From contig CAVZSV010000004.1 in assembly GCA_963778115.1 (NCBI GenBank), forward strand, positions 352,001 to 416,000: DNA of 64,000 bases, read 5' to 3'. The stretch is from an uncultured delta proteobacterium. GTDB taxonomy: Bacteria; Bdellovibrionota; FAC87; UBA2466. Positions 50,276 through 60,574 of the stretch are shown here, in pieces (within the stretch, counting starts at the first letter, position 1; every line of letters starts with the position of its first letter). The translations under genes and the position numbers were made by a program. The notes beneath the pieces are model-generated. The model searched no databases, was not told where the DNA came from, and saw only the letters and a program-made list of their open reading frames with translations.

Positions 50276-50913
50276 ATGGACATGGGAACGGTGACCCTGC
50301 CCTTAAATCGATACACCTATCAGTGGATCGCTCGAGAATACTCGGCGGCGGAAAGAGGAAGTGTTTCCAGTGCTCGCTATCTCAATCTTCTGACCGAGTT
50401 CGAGACCGCTCTAAAGGAGGGACGCATCTTGAAAAGGTCGATTTCTTTGAGACGCGAGATATCCTTCCCAGCAATGTGAAAGGATATCAACCCTATTCCA
50501 AACCTCTCTATGTGCTTACCGATTTTCGTTGCGCCAGTTGCGGCGATTGGTTTCCGGGTGTGATTAAATCAAACGATAGAGGAATTACCATTGGTAGCAA
50601 CACCATGGGAGCCGGCGGCCATGTGGCTAACATCGGTATCTTCCCCAACTCGGGAGCTTCCTTAAATAACACCTATTCCGTATGGGAACTCTCCAACGGC
50701 GATATCATCGAAGATCGCGGCACAGAGCCCAAGCATGTCGTTCGCATGGATCAGAGTGATTACCGCACGGGATACAAAACCACGAGCGGGTACCGCGACA
50801 ACGTCTTAAAAATCGTCACAGGCGATCTTATTGGGAAGGTCCTTCGCCCCAAGATAGAAGCGGATCGAAAAAAACTAGACGAACTCGAAAAGGCTATCAC
50901 TCCGAAATCTTAG
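50276..50913 (+). pseudogene. C-terminal fragment of a CPAF-like S41 peptidase, frameshifted
   Basis: YSKPLYVL, ASCGDWFP, TMGAGGHV, IEDRGTEP; frame change near 50435; N-terminal half absent. Confidence 0.75.
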
Positions 50914-51983
50914 AAAAGGTCCATTTGGCCTGAGGGATCCTGACGCTTAAAATGCGCTATGGAAAGCTCTGCACCTGAAGATGAGAGGCCTGCTCTGTTT
51001 CGTGAGACTCGAAATAGCGTTTCTATCTGACACGCATAGGTCCCCACACCGCGCATGCGAGATCCAAACTGCGAGTCATATAATTTTCCGCCTCTCATCT
51101 CTTTTACCCGAGCCAGCACCTTATTTTTTCTTTCTGGAAAATGATGCCCCAGCCACGTTTCAAAAAGAGGTGCCACGGCATGAGGAAGGCGAAGCATAGT
51201 GTAATGAGCCGATGTCGCCCCCGCCTTAGCAGCCGCCTTTAGTATCTCAGGAATTTCGTGATCGGTAATCGCAGGTATCACGGGGGCGACATTGACGGAA
51301 ACGGCAATCCCGGCCTGAGTCAGCGCTTCGATTGCCATCAGCCTTCGCCCAGGGGTTGAAGCCCTAGGTTCCGAAATCCGAGCTAGATCACTATCCAGTG
51401 TCGTGACGGAGAAAACGACAAGAGCGGCATTTTTCTTGGCCAGGGAACCTAAAATATCGATGTCTCTAGCGACCAGCGCATTTTTGGTGATGATGATGAC
51501 CGGATTTCCGAACTCGTTTAGCACTTCCAAACAAGCTCGCGTCACCTTAAGCTCTCTTTCCACCGGTTGGTAGCAGTCGGTGACTCCACTCATGACGATC
51601 GCTTGAGGCACCCAGCTCTTTTTTTGAAGCTCCTTCCTTAATAGATCGGATGCCGAGCGTTTTACAAAGATCTTGGTTTCAAAATCCAGTCCTGAAGAAA
51701 GCCCTAAATATTCATGCGTCGGACGCGCATAGCAATAGGTGCAGCCATGTTCACAGCCTCGATAAGGGTTAACACTATATTCAAAGGGAATATCCGGACT
51801 GTCATTGTGACTTAGGATGCTCTTAGTCACATCATGTAATACTACGGTCTGGGGAGAGGGGTCTTGCTGTAATTCCCACCCGTCATCAGTACGGATGCGA
51901 TCCATGGCTTCGAAGCGGTTCTTGGGATTTCCACTCACCCCTCGGCCCTGTATCGCAGCACTTTTTAAAGTCTCTTCTGCCAT
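50910..51983 (-). CDS. PA0069-family radical SAM protein
   Basis: NPYRGCEHGCTYCYARPTH, SGVTDCYQP, C-terminal QMDLF. Confidence 0.93.
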   Translation of the reverse strand: MAEETLKSAAIQGRGVSGNPKNRFEAMDRIRTDDGWELQQDPSPQTVVLHDVTKSILSHNDSPDIPFEYSVNPYRGCEHGCTYCYARPTHEYLGLSSGLDFETKIFVKRSASDLLRKELQKKSWVPQAIVMSGVTDCYQPVERELKVTRACLEVLNEFGNPVIIITKNALVARDIDILGSLAKKNAALVVFSVTTLDSDLARISEPRASTPGRRLMAIEALTQAGIAVSVNVAPVIPAITDHEIPEILKAAAKAGATSAHYTMLRLPHAVAPLFETWLGHHFPERKNKVLARVKEMRGGKLYDSQFGSRMRGVGTYACQIETLFRVSRNRAGLSSSGAELSIAHFKRQDPSGQMDLF

Positions 51984-52067
51984 CTCCTTATCAAAGCATT
52001 TGTCAGAACACCGTCAATGTCCCATTTAACTGTCGCCTGTCCCTTGCCTCTCCGTTACGATAGCTCG

Positions 52068-53069
52068 GTGAATCTTCGGCGCACGTGGCTCTACATTTTG
52101 GGATCCATCCTCATTCTCGTTGCGATGTACTTCTTACTTCGCTCGCAAGGAATTTCAGCAAGCGAGATTGTCAAAGCCCTTCGAAGATTTCGTTTTGCGA
52201 GTATCGCGCTAGCCGCCGTTCCCATTCTGTTTATCCAAATCCCGCTGCAGATTAGCCGTCTGTGGGCATTGCTTCCCCATTCGCGCTCTCATCTGCCTTC
52301 CGCCAAACAATGGCCGGGAGTCGCTAAAGCCTTTGCCTTCGGACAGGCCATCAATGCATTTGCGCCAGCACGCGCGGGAGACGCTCTAAAGATGGTGATG
52401 TTAAGACGCAGCGATCCCGACCCCACCCAAGAACTCCCGTTAGGAACCGCAGCCGGAGTCTTGCTGGCCGACAAAGCCATCGACATTCTCTCATTAGTAA
52501 CTTTGAGTTTATTTTGCATCGTGACCTGGGGCCGTCGTCTAAAGTCCCTCCAACTTCCCCATCTAGGCGAATGGATCTTAATGGGCAGTACTGCAATCGC
52601 GATGATGCTCTTGCTGCTTTTAACGCTACTCCCCAAATTAAGGGCCACGTTGAGGATGCTATGGAACCAAATCATTCACGGCTTGGCTCCGTTACGAAAC
52701 CCCGGACAATCGGTCCCAGCCCTTTTGGCCAGTATGGCAGGTTGGTGTGGAGAGCTATGGGCAATTCGTCTGCTTTGCGAGGCTCAAGGTTACCCCATCC
52801 CTTTTAACGAAGTCCTTTGGGCCATGGTCGTGCTGAATCTAGGGGTAGCCGTGCCCATCTCTCTGGCAAATCTGGGGGCGTTCGAAGCCGCCATGACGTT
52901 AGGGCTAGTCCAAGTGGGAGTTCCCGCGGCGAGCGGACTCGCCGTCGCCAGCGCCCATCATGCCCTGCAAATCGTCGCCATCTACCTTTGGACCGGGGTG
53001 ATGGCACTTCTTCGGCCATTAAAGGCTTCGCTAGCTCCCAGCGAAAGGAAAACCGCGCAATCACTGTAA
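52068..53069 (+). CDS. Lysylphosphatidylglycerol synthase TM-region membrane protein
   Basis: NAFAPARAGDALK, PISLANLGAFE; multi-TM. Confidence 0.8.
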   Translation: MNLRRTWLYILGSILILVAMYFLLRSQGISASEIVKALRRFRFASIALAAVPILFIQIPLQISRLWALLPHSRSHLPSAKQWPGVAKAFAFGQAINAFAPARAGDALKMVMLRRSDPDPTQELPLGTAAGVLLADKAIDILSLVTLSLFCIVTWGRRLKSLQLPHLGEWILMGSTAIAMMLLLLLTLLPKLRATLRMLWNQIIHGLAPLRNPGQSVPALLASMAGWCGELWAIRLLCEAQGYPIPFNEVLWAMVVLNLGVAVPISLANLGAFEAAMTLGLVQVGVPAASGLAVASAHHALQIVAIYLWTGVMALLRPLKASLAPSERKTAQSL

Positions 53070-53127
53070 ATGCTTCATTTACTTGCTTGAAATTTCATTT
53101 GTTTTGCGGCAGAAATACCAAACACGT

Positions 53128-53517
53128 ATGGACAACCGGAAGATCATTTTAGCTTTTTATGTGACCGTGAGCGCGGTATTGGGCTTTCTAATCCGCTCTT
53201 CGATCCAGTATTTCTATCTGACGTTCTATCAGTTTCGGCGTCTTCCGGGAATCGCGATAACACGAGAAGCGGTTCCTATCGCCGTGGCATTTTTGACCTT
53301 TTACATCTTAGTTCGTCATCAAAAGATGAACACATTGATGGAAGACGTCGTTTCGGAGCTAAAGAAGGTAACCTGGCCCGGTCGTGAAGAAGTCGTTCGC
53401 TCTACGATAGTAGTAATGATATGCATCATGATTTGCAGCTTAATCCTCGGCGCGTTTGACGTGATCTGGGGCAAAAGTATCGGCTGGGCCCTTAAGGCCA
53501 AATTTTTCTGGGAATAA
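53128..53517 (+). CDS. secE: Preprotein translocase SecE (3-TM type)
   Basis: VVSELKKVTWPGREE; directly upstream of nusG. Confidence 0.95.
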   Translation: MDNRKIILAFYVTVSAVLGFLIRSSIQYFYLTFYQFRRLPGIAITREAVPIAVAFLTFYILVRHQKMNTLMEDVVSELKKVTWPGREEVVRSTIVVMICIMICSLILGAFDVIWGKSIGWALKAKFFWE

Positions 53518-54189
53518 ATGGTGAGCATGGAAGAAAAGTTAGAAAACTCGGCGCCTGGCGAGGAAAAGGACAAGGCAAACGAAGAGAGTACGCCTGAAGT
53601 GGTAGAATCCACCCCTTCTCCGCAAGCCCAGGCGTCCGCTTCTGATGTGGTCTCGGATGAAGGGATGAAGTGGTATGTCGTCCACACTTACAGCGGCTAC
53701 GAGCAAAAAGCTCGTTTGGCGCTTAAGGAACGCATCCGCCAAAACCACATGGAAAAGTTCTTTGCCGAGGTTTTAATCCCCTCGGAAAACGTCATTGAAT
53801 TGGTTCGCGGAGAGAAGAAAACAACGAGCCGCAAATTCTTCCCCGGTTATGTCCTTGTAAAGATGCTCTTAAACGATGCCACTTGGCATTTGGTGAAGAG
53901 CACCCCTAAAATCACCGGTTTCGTGGGGAATGCCCTAACCCCTCCGGCGGTGCCCGAAGAAGAGGTCGCCCGAATTACGAACCAGATGGCCGAAGGGACC
54001 CTTAAACCTCGACCCAAGGTTCAGTTCGAAGAGGGCGAGAGCGTCAGGGTGGTAGACGGACCGTTCGTCAACTTTAACGGTGTCGTCGAAGAAGTGAAAC
54101 CCGATAAAGGAAAACTCCGAGTGTTGGTGAGTATCTTCGGCCGTTCAACCCCAGTCGAGCTGGACTTTGTACAGGTCGAAAAGAATTAG
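53518..54189 (+). CDS. nusG: Transcription termination/antitermination factor NusG
   Basis: KWYVVHTYSGYE, FFPGYVLV, VSIFGRSTPVEL. Confidence 0.98.
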   Translation: MVSMEEKLENSAPGEEKDKANEESTPEVVESTPSPQAQASASDVVSDEGMKWYVVHTYSGYEQKARLALKERIRQNHMEKFFAEVLIPSENVIELVRGEKKTTSRKFFPGYVLVKMLLNDATWHLVKSTPKITGFVGNALTPPAVPEEEVARITNQMAEGTLKPRPKVQFEEGESVRVVDGPFVNFNGVVEEVKPDKGKLRVLVSIFGRSTPVELDFVQVEKN

Positions 54190-54207
54190 TAAGGTAGGAA
54201 GTTAACG

Positions 54208-54633
54208 ATGGCAAAAAAACTTACAGCGATGGTGAAGCTACAGATCCCCGGAGGAAAGGCAAACCCCTCTCCCCCCGTCGGTCCGGCACTGGGTCAGCAC
54301 GGTGTCAATATCATGGAGTTCTGCAAAGCTTTCAATGCCAAGACCCAGAGTGCGAATGGAATGATTACGCCTGTGGTCATCAGTATCTACCAAGATAGAT
54401 CTTTCACTTTCATTACCAAGACCCCACCCGTCTCTGTTTTGTTGAAGAAGGCGGCTGACATCGTGAAGGGTTCGGGCGTTCCGAACAAAAATAAGGTGGG
54501 CAGCGTTACCAAAGATCAGGTGGTTGATATCGCCAAGACCAAAATGCCGGATCTCAATACGGTCGATTTAGAATCTGCGATTCGCCAGGTCGAAGGTACT
54601 GCGAAGAGCATGGGCCTCGAAGTCAAAGGCTAG
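54208..54633 (+). CDS. rplK: 50S ribosomal protein L11
   Basis: [15 protein letters not shown]. Confidence 0.99.
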   Translation: MAKKLTAMVKLQIPGGKANPSPPVGPALGQHGVNIMEFCKAFNAKTQSANGMITPVVISIYQDRSFTFITKTPPVSVLLKKAADIVKGSGVPNKNKVGSVTKDQVVDIAKTKMPDLNTVDLESAIRQVEGTAKSMGLEVKG

Positions 54634-54649
54634 GAGTTTAGGAGTTACT

Positions 54650-55363
54650 ATGGGCAAGCGTGGAAAAATTTATAAAGCCGACTATGCAAAGGTCGACCGC
54701 AACAAAAAATATACTTTAGACGAAGCGCTCGAAGTGATCGCTACTTTTGGCACGCACAAATTCGATGAGAGCGTTGAAGTCGCTATCAAGTTAGGCGTCG
54801 ATCCTAAGCAATCGGACCAATTGGTTCGAGGTGCTGCCGTTTTGCCTCATGGACTTGGAAAATCGATCCGAGTCGTCGCTATCGTAAAAGGTGAGATGGA
54901 AAAAGAGGCTCGTGAGGCCGGTGCCGATCACGTTGGCAGTGATGATCTCATCGAGAAGATTGAAAAAGGCTGGCTCGATTTTGATCGAGTTCTCGCCACT
55001 CCCGAAACGCTGAAAGACTTAACCAAGATCGCAAAGATATTGGGCCCGAAAGGTCTCATGCCGAATAAAAAGACCGGAACCGTTACCAGTGAAATCGGCA
55101 AGGCTGTTCGCGAACAAAAACTTGGTAAAGTAGAGTACAAAGTGGAAAAGGCTGGAATTGTTCATGCCGTCATTGGCAAGAAGTCGTTCGGTCCAACCAA
55201 ACTTCGGGAAAACTTCGTCTCTCTTTTTGACAACATTTTGAAGGCGAAACCTTCTACATCCAAAGGTATCTACGTTCGTAAGGTCGCGCTGTCCCCCACG
55301 ATGGGTCCCAGTGTCATACTTGATGCATCCTCATTAGAGTTGCAAGTTAGAGCCGCAGGATAA
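54650..55363 (+). CDS. rplA: 50S ribosomal protein L1
   Basis: KFDESVEV, VLPHGLGK, LGPKGLMPN. Confidence 0.99.
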   Translation: MGKRGKIYKADYAKVDRNKKYTLDEALEVIATFGTHKFDESVEVAIKLGVDPKQSDQLVRGAAVLPHGLGKSIRVVAIVKGEMEKEAREAGADHVGSDDLIEKIEKGWLDFDRVLATPETLKDLTKIAKILGPKGLMPNKKTGTVTSEIGKAVREQKLGKVEYKVEKAGIVHAVIGKKSFGPTKLRENFVSLFDNILKAKPSTSKGIYVRKVALSPTMGPSVILDASSLELQVRAAG

Positions 55364-55448
55364 TTAGGGATTTCTGGCCCCAAAATAAAAGTTGACTGGC
55401 TAAAAAACCAGGTATTTAAATGTCTGTTTATATTCCGGGGAGTTTGTC

Positions 55449-55982
55449 TTGAACCGTACTCAGAAAGCCGCCTTTGTTTCCGACCTCGATGAAAGCATAA
55501 AAAGCGCTCAGGCGTTCGCTTTGCTGTCCTTTTCGAAACTCAATGTCGAGCAGATGACTGCTTTCCGTTTGAGTCTTCGCAAGAGCAACGTTCGCGTTAA
55601 AGTCATTAAAAACACCCTCGCCAAGCGAGTCCTTGATCAAACCGATTTCAAAGAGATCGGGGCTCATCTTGAAGGACCCACTCTCATCGCTTACGGACCG
55701 GGCGACCCGGTCACCACCGCGAAAGCGATCTCTGAGTGGGCGGGAAAAGAGAATTTCGACATTAAAATCAAGGCCGGAATGGCCTTGGGTAAAGTGGTTT
55801 CTGATGTTCAATTAAAAGCCCTTTCGAAGCTCCCCGGCCGCAACGAGTTGCTGGTCAGCTTCCTCTGGGCTTTGAAATCACACCCGACCAGATTTCTTTA
55901 TGCACTTAAAGATGCACCTCAACGTATGGGCTACGCCTTGAACGCTCTGAGGGAGAAAAAAGAAAAAGAAGGAAATGCGTAG
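55449..55982 (+). CDS. rplJ: 50S ribosomal protein L10
   Basis: TTG start; [21 protein letters not shown]. Confidence 0.96.
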   Translation: MNRTQKAAFVSDLDESIKSAQAFALLSFSKLNVEQMTAFRLSLRKSNVRVKVIKNTLAKRVLDQTDFKEIGAHLEGPTLIAYGPGDPVTTAKAISEWAGKENFDIKIKAGMALGKVVSDVQLKALSKLPGRNELLVSFLWALKSHPTRFLYALKDAPQRMGYALNALREKKEKEGNA

Positions 55983-56020
55983 TCGGTGGAACGCCGACTC
56001 TAATAAACAGGAGGATTGCC

Positions 56021-56401
56021 ATGGCAGTTAGTGAAGAACAGGTTTTTGAATATTTCGATAAGGCGAACTTGCTCGAGATATCCGAATTCATCAAGAAATT
56101 TGAATCCCGGTACGGTGTCAGTGCTGCAGCCCCCGTGGCCGTAGCAGGTGGCGGCGGAGCCGCTGCTGCCGCAGCCCCTGCCGAAGAGAAAACCGCTTTT
56201 GATGTGATCTTGACGGATGGCGGAGCCCAAAAGGTTCAGGTCATTAAAGAAATCCGTGGTTTCACAACACTCGGTCTGAAAGAGGCTAAAGACCTCGTTG
56301 AAGGCGCGCCGAAGACTTTAAAGGAAGGCATCTCTAAAAAAGAAGCCGAAGAAATAAAGAAGAAGCTCGAAGCTGTTGGCGCTAAGGTTGAATTAAAGTA
56401 A
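56021..56401 (+). CDS. rplL: 50S ribosomal protein L7/L12
   Basis: [21 protein letters not shown]. Confidence 0.99.
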   Translation: MAVSEEQVFEYFDKANLLEISEFIKKFESRYGVSAAAPVAVAGGGGAAAAAAPAEEKTAFDVILTDGGAQKVQVIKEIRGFTTLGLKEAKDLVEGAPKTLKEGISKKEAEEIKKKLEAVGAKVELK

Positions 56402-56467
56402 CCGGCGCAACAATCGCCTACGTTCCGAAATTCTGCCATTAGTGCTTTTACTAAAGAGGTATAGCGA

Positions 56468-59400
56468 ATGAACACCTCTCCTCGTTTTCTCGAAAGCAAA
56501 CGCTTTCGTAAGGAGTTTGGTAAATACCCCTCTCTGATCGAAATTCCCGATCTGATTGAGGTACAAAAGAAGTCCTACGAAAAATTTTTGCAGGCGGAAT
56601 TTTCGCCCGAGAAACGTGAAAATTTAGGACTCCAGGGTGTATTTAAGTCGGTATTTCCCATACACGACTTCAATAACACCGCGAGTCTTGAGTTCGACTC
56701 CTATGCTTTGGAAACCCCAAAGTATGACGTCGACGAATGCCGTAGCCGCGGAATGAGCTTTGCCGCTCCGCTTAAGGTTACGGTGCGCCTCGAAGTCTGG
56801 GATGTCGATGAGCAGACCCAGACCCGCAACATTAAAGACGTCAAAGAACAAGAGGTCTATTTGGGCGAGATCCCGTTGATGACCGAGCGGGGAAGTTTCA
56901 TTATTAATGGTACGGAACGCGTCGTCGTAAGTCAGCTTCATCGTTCTCCCGGCGTATTCTTCGATCACGATAAAGGAACGTCCCACACGAGTGGAAAACT
57001 TCTTTATTCCGCTCGGGTCATTCCTTATCGCGGCTCTTGGTTAGACTTTGAATTCGACCATAAAGACATTCTTTATGTGCGCATTGATCGCCGTCGAAAG
57101 CTCCATGTCACGGTTCTGCTCAAAGCTCTCGGTTATTCGACCGAGGAGCTCTTAGCATTCTTCTACGATCATGAAACTGTCAGTATCGGTAAAGGAGAGA
57201 AATTCCTCCTGCATTTCGATCCTAAACTGTACGCTGGTCAGCGCGCCAATAGCGATTGGTTGGATGAAGACGGCAAAGTCATCGTGGAGAAGAACAAGAA
57301 ATTTACTTCTTCGACCTTAAAGAAGATCGAAGAAGCAAAGATCAAAAAGTTCCCCATCGATCGCGAAACGTTACTAACCAAGATTTGCGCCCAAGACGTT
57401 GTCGATCTTGAGACGGGTGAAGTGCTTCTCGAATGTAACGAAGAGCTCACCGACGCCAAGCTCGATCTTCTCATCGAAAAGAAGATCTCCGAATTCACAG
57501 TACTCTATACCGACCGTATTAACGTCGGAACCTACTTGCGCGACACTCTGACGCAAGACAAATGCAGCACCAAAGAAGAGGCGCTCATCGAAATTTATCG
57601 ACGATTGCGCCCGGGAGATCCGCCAACGCTGGAGACCGCACAAGCGCTCTTCCAAGGTCTTTTCTTTGATCCTGTGAAATACGATCTCTCGAAGGTCGGA
57701 CGTCTAAAGATCAACCATAAGTTTGGATTTAACACACCGCTCGAAAATACGACCCTAACCAAGGACGATATCTTGGCGGTGGTGAAGTATTTAATCGACC
57801 TTAAGAACGGCAAAGGCCAAATCGACGATATCGATCATTTGGGCAATCGGCGCGTTCGCGCGGTCGGTGAACTGCTTGAAAATCAGTTCCGCATTGGACT
57901 CGTTCGTATGGAACGTGCCATTCGCGAACGCATGAGTCTTCAAGACGTTGAAACCTTGATGCCTCACGATCTAATTAACGCAAAGCCAGTCTCCGCGGTA
58001 GTTAAGGAGTTCTTCGGAAGTTCCCAGCTATCGCAGTTCATGGATCAGACCAATCCATTATCGGAAGTCACCCATAAGCGCCGGCTAAGCGCTTTGGGAC
58101 CCGGTGGTTTGACTCGTGAAAGAGCGGGTTTCGAGGTTCGTGACGTTCATGCCACCCATTACGGTCGCATCTGTCCGATTGAGACTCCAGAAGGACCAAA
58201 CATTGGTTTGATATCTTCCCTTTCGACCTATGGTCGAGTGAACGATTATGGTTTCATTGAAACGCCTTATCGCACGCTCAAAGACGGCAAAGTCACTGAT
58301 GATGTGGTGTTCTTCTCTGCCCTTGAGGAAGAAAACCATACGATTGCGCAAGCCAAAACGCCTTTGAAAAACGCAATGGTGGAACCTGACTTTGTCTCGG
58401 CTCGCCGCCAAGGAGAGACGATTCTCGCTCGTAAAGAGGAGATCGATCTCATGGATGTCGCACCGAACCAGTTAGTTTCGATTGCGGCCTCTTTAATCCC
58501 GTTCCTAGAGAATGACGATGCTAACCGAGCTCTGATGGGTTCGAACATGCAACGTCAGGCGGTACCTTTGCTACGGACATCAGCTCCGTTAGTCGGCACG
58601 GGAATGGAAAAGCTTGTCGCCCGAGATTCCGGCGTTACTTGTGTTGCCAGACAGCCCGGTGTCGTCGATTTCGTGGACGCTACCCGAATTGTCGTACGAA
58701 CTGACGAGAACGAGAAGACCAGTGGTACTGGTGTAGACATCTACAACTTAGTTAAGTACCGCCGCTCGAACCAGAATACTTGTATCAACCAGAAGCCCAT
58801 CGTCTCGGTAGGCGAACACATTAAGAAGGGACAGGTCCTAGCGGACGGTCCTGGAACCGACATGGGTGAATTGGCCCTCGGTCAAAATATCGTGGTCGCG
58901 TTCATGCCGTGGGGTGGATACAACTTCGAAGATTCGATCTTAATCAGCGAAGAGTTGGTTAAGAATGACACGTTCACTTCAATTCACATCGAAGAGTTCG
59001 AGTGTGTCGCTCGGGATACGAAGCTAGGAAAAGAAGAGGTCACTCGCGACATTCCCAACGTCAGCGAAGAACAGCTGATGAATTTGGATAGCAGCGGAAT
59101 CGTTCGCATCGGAGCGGAAGTAAAGCCCGGCGATATCCTGGTCGGAAAGATCACTCCCAAAGGCGAAACTCAACTCAGCCCTGAAGAAAAGCTCTTACGC
59201 GCTATCTTCGGCGAAAAGGCCGGTGATGTGAAAGACACATCGCTGCGTGTCTCGCCTGGTATAGTAGGTACGGTCATCGGTGCTCAGGTATTTTCTCGTG
59301 AAGGGGCTGATAAGGACGAACGTACTGCCCGAATCGTTGAAGACGATGAAAATCGCCTTCGCAAAGACGAACGGACTGAAGTGCGCATCATCCAAGAGGC

Positions 59401-60574
59401 TGCCAAGAAAAAGATAGCGCCGCATGTACTAAACCAAGAGACGAGTGGAAAGCTTCTTGATGTCTCGGGTGAAAACCAATTGCTCAAGAAAGGGCAAGTG
59501 ATCACCCAAGAAGACTTCGACAAGATCCCCTACGATCTCTTGAAGCACGTTCCCCTTCCTCCGTCGGTGGAATCTCAAGTCTCTTCGACCTTAGCGGCCG
59601 TAGACGCTCAGATTCTGGCGGTTCATAATCTTTTCGAAGAAAAGATTAAGAAACTCAAGAAGGGTGACGAGCTTCCTCCGGGCGTTATCAAAATGGTCAA
59701 AGTCTATGTCGCTATTAAACGCCGCATTGCGGTGGGTGATAAGATGGCCGGACGCCACGGAAACAAGGGTGTCATCTCTCGCCAGTTGCCGATTGAAGAC
59801 ATGCCTTATCAGGAAGACGGAACCCCGGTTCAGATCGTATTGAATCCGCTGGGCGTTCCTTCTCGTATGAACGTAGGGCAGATTCTTGAATCTCACCTGG
59901 GCCGTGCTGCTCAAGGGTTTGGTTTGAGAATGCAGGAATTCTTAGAAAAGTGGAACTCTACTGGGGTCCGAAACGTGATGAAGAAATTCTTCCCCAATAA
60001 GTCGGTCCAAAAGGCGATCGACGAATTGAGTGAAGAGTCTGTCAAACGTTTAGCGAAGCAGCTGCGCGGTGGATTGCATATGGCAAGCCCCGTATTCGAT
60101 AGCGCTTCCGAAGAAGAGATCCGCGAATGTCTGGCCAGTGCTGGACTTCCCGAGTCCGGACAGCAGATTCTTTTTGACGGCAGATCGGGCGAACCGTTCC
60201 GTCACGATGTCACGGTGGGTGTCATGTACATCATGAAACTCCATCATCTCGTCGACGAAAAGATACATGCTCGCAGTATCGGACCGTACAGCTTAGTCAC
60301 TCAGCAGCCCCTGGGCGGGAAAGCTCAGTTCGGTGGTCAGAGATTGGGAGAGATGGAAGTCTGGGCGCTTGAAGCTTACGGCGCTGCCTACTGTCTACAA
60401 GAACTTTTAACCGTGAAGTCAGACGACGTCGCGGGACGTACTCGAATGTTTGAGACCATAGTGAAGGGCGAAAACGTACTTGAACCTGGTTTACCAGAGT
60501 CATTCAACGTTCTCGTGAAGGAACTACAATCCCTAGCTCTTGACGTGGAACTCATGGAGGATAACAGCCTATGA
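56468..60574 (+). CDS. rpoB: RNA polymerase beta subunit
   Basis: [30 protein letters not shown]. Confidence 0.99.
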   Translation: MNTSPRFLESKRFRKEFGKYPSLIEIPDLIEVQKKSYEKFLQAEFSPEKRENLGLQGVFKSVFPIHDFNNTASLEFDSYALETPKYDVDECRSRGMSFAAPLKVTVRLEVWDVDEQTQTRNIKDVKEQEVYLGEIPLMTERGSFIINGTERVVVSQLHRSPGVFFDHDKGTSHTSGKLLYSARVIPYRGSWLDFEFDHKDILYVRIDRRRKLHVTVLLKALGYSTEELLAFFYDHETVSIGKGEKFLLHFDPKLYAGQRANSDWLDEDGKVIVEKNKKFTSSTLKKIEEAKIKKFPIDRETLLTKICAQDVVDLETGEVLLECNEELTDAKLDLLIEKKISEFTVLYTDRINVGTYLRDTLTQDKCSTKEEALIEIYRRLRPGDPPTLETAQALFQGLFFDPVKYDLSKVGRLKINHKFGFNTPLENTTLTKDDILAVVKYLIDLKNGKGQIDDIDHLGNRRVRAVGELLENQFRIGLVRMERAIRERMSLQDVETLMPHDLINAKPVSAVVKEFFGSSQLSQFMDQTNPLSEVTHKRRLSALGPGGLTRERAGFEVRDVHATHYGRICPIETPEGPNIGLISSLSTYGRVNDYGFIETPYRTLKDGKVTDDVVFFSALEEENHTIAQAKTPLKNAMVEPDFVSARRQGETILARKEEIDLMDVAPNQLVSIAASLIPFLENDDANRALMGSNMQRQAVPLLRTSAPLVGTGMEKLVARDSGVTCVARQPGVVDFVDATRIVVRTDENEKTSGTGVDIYNLVKYRRSNQNTCINQKPIVSVGEHIKKGQVLADGPGTDMGELALGQNIVVAFMPWGGYNFEDSILISEELVKNDTFTSIHIEEFECVARDTKLGKEEVTRDIPNVSEEQLMNLDSSGIVRIGAEVKPGDILVGKITPKGETQLSPEEKLLRAIFGEKAGDVKDTSLRVSPGIVGTVIGAQVFSREGADKDERTARIVEDDENRLRKDERTEVRIIQEAAKKKIAPHVLNQETSGKLLDVSGENQLLKKGQVITQEDFDKIPYDLLKHVPLPPSVESQVSSTLAAVDAQILAVHNLFEEKIKKLKKGDELPPGVIKMVKVYVAIKRRIAVGDKMAGRHGNKGVISRQLPIEDMPYQEDGTPVQIVLNPLGVPSRMNVGQILESHLGRAAQGFGLRMQEFLEKWNSTGVRNVMKKFFPNKSVQKAIDELSEESVKRLAKQLRGGLHMASPVFDSASEEEIRECLASAGLPESGQQILFDGRSGEPFRHDVTVGVMYIMKLHHLVDEKIHARSIGPYSLVTQQPLGGKAQFGGQRLGEMEVWALEAYGAAYCLQELLTVKSDDVAGRTRMFETIVKGENVLEPGLPESFNVLVKELQSLALDVELMEDNSL

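Noticed and set aside
17648..53127. Prophage or ICE
   Set aside because: No integrase, phage structural, relaxase or conjugation genes; contains housekeeping ppc and tag
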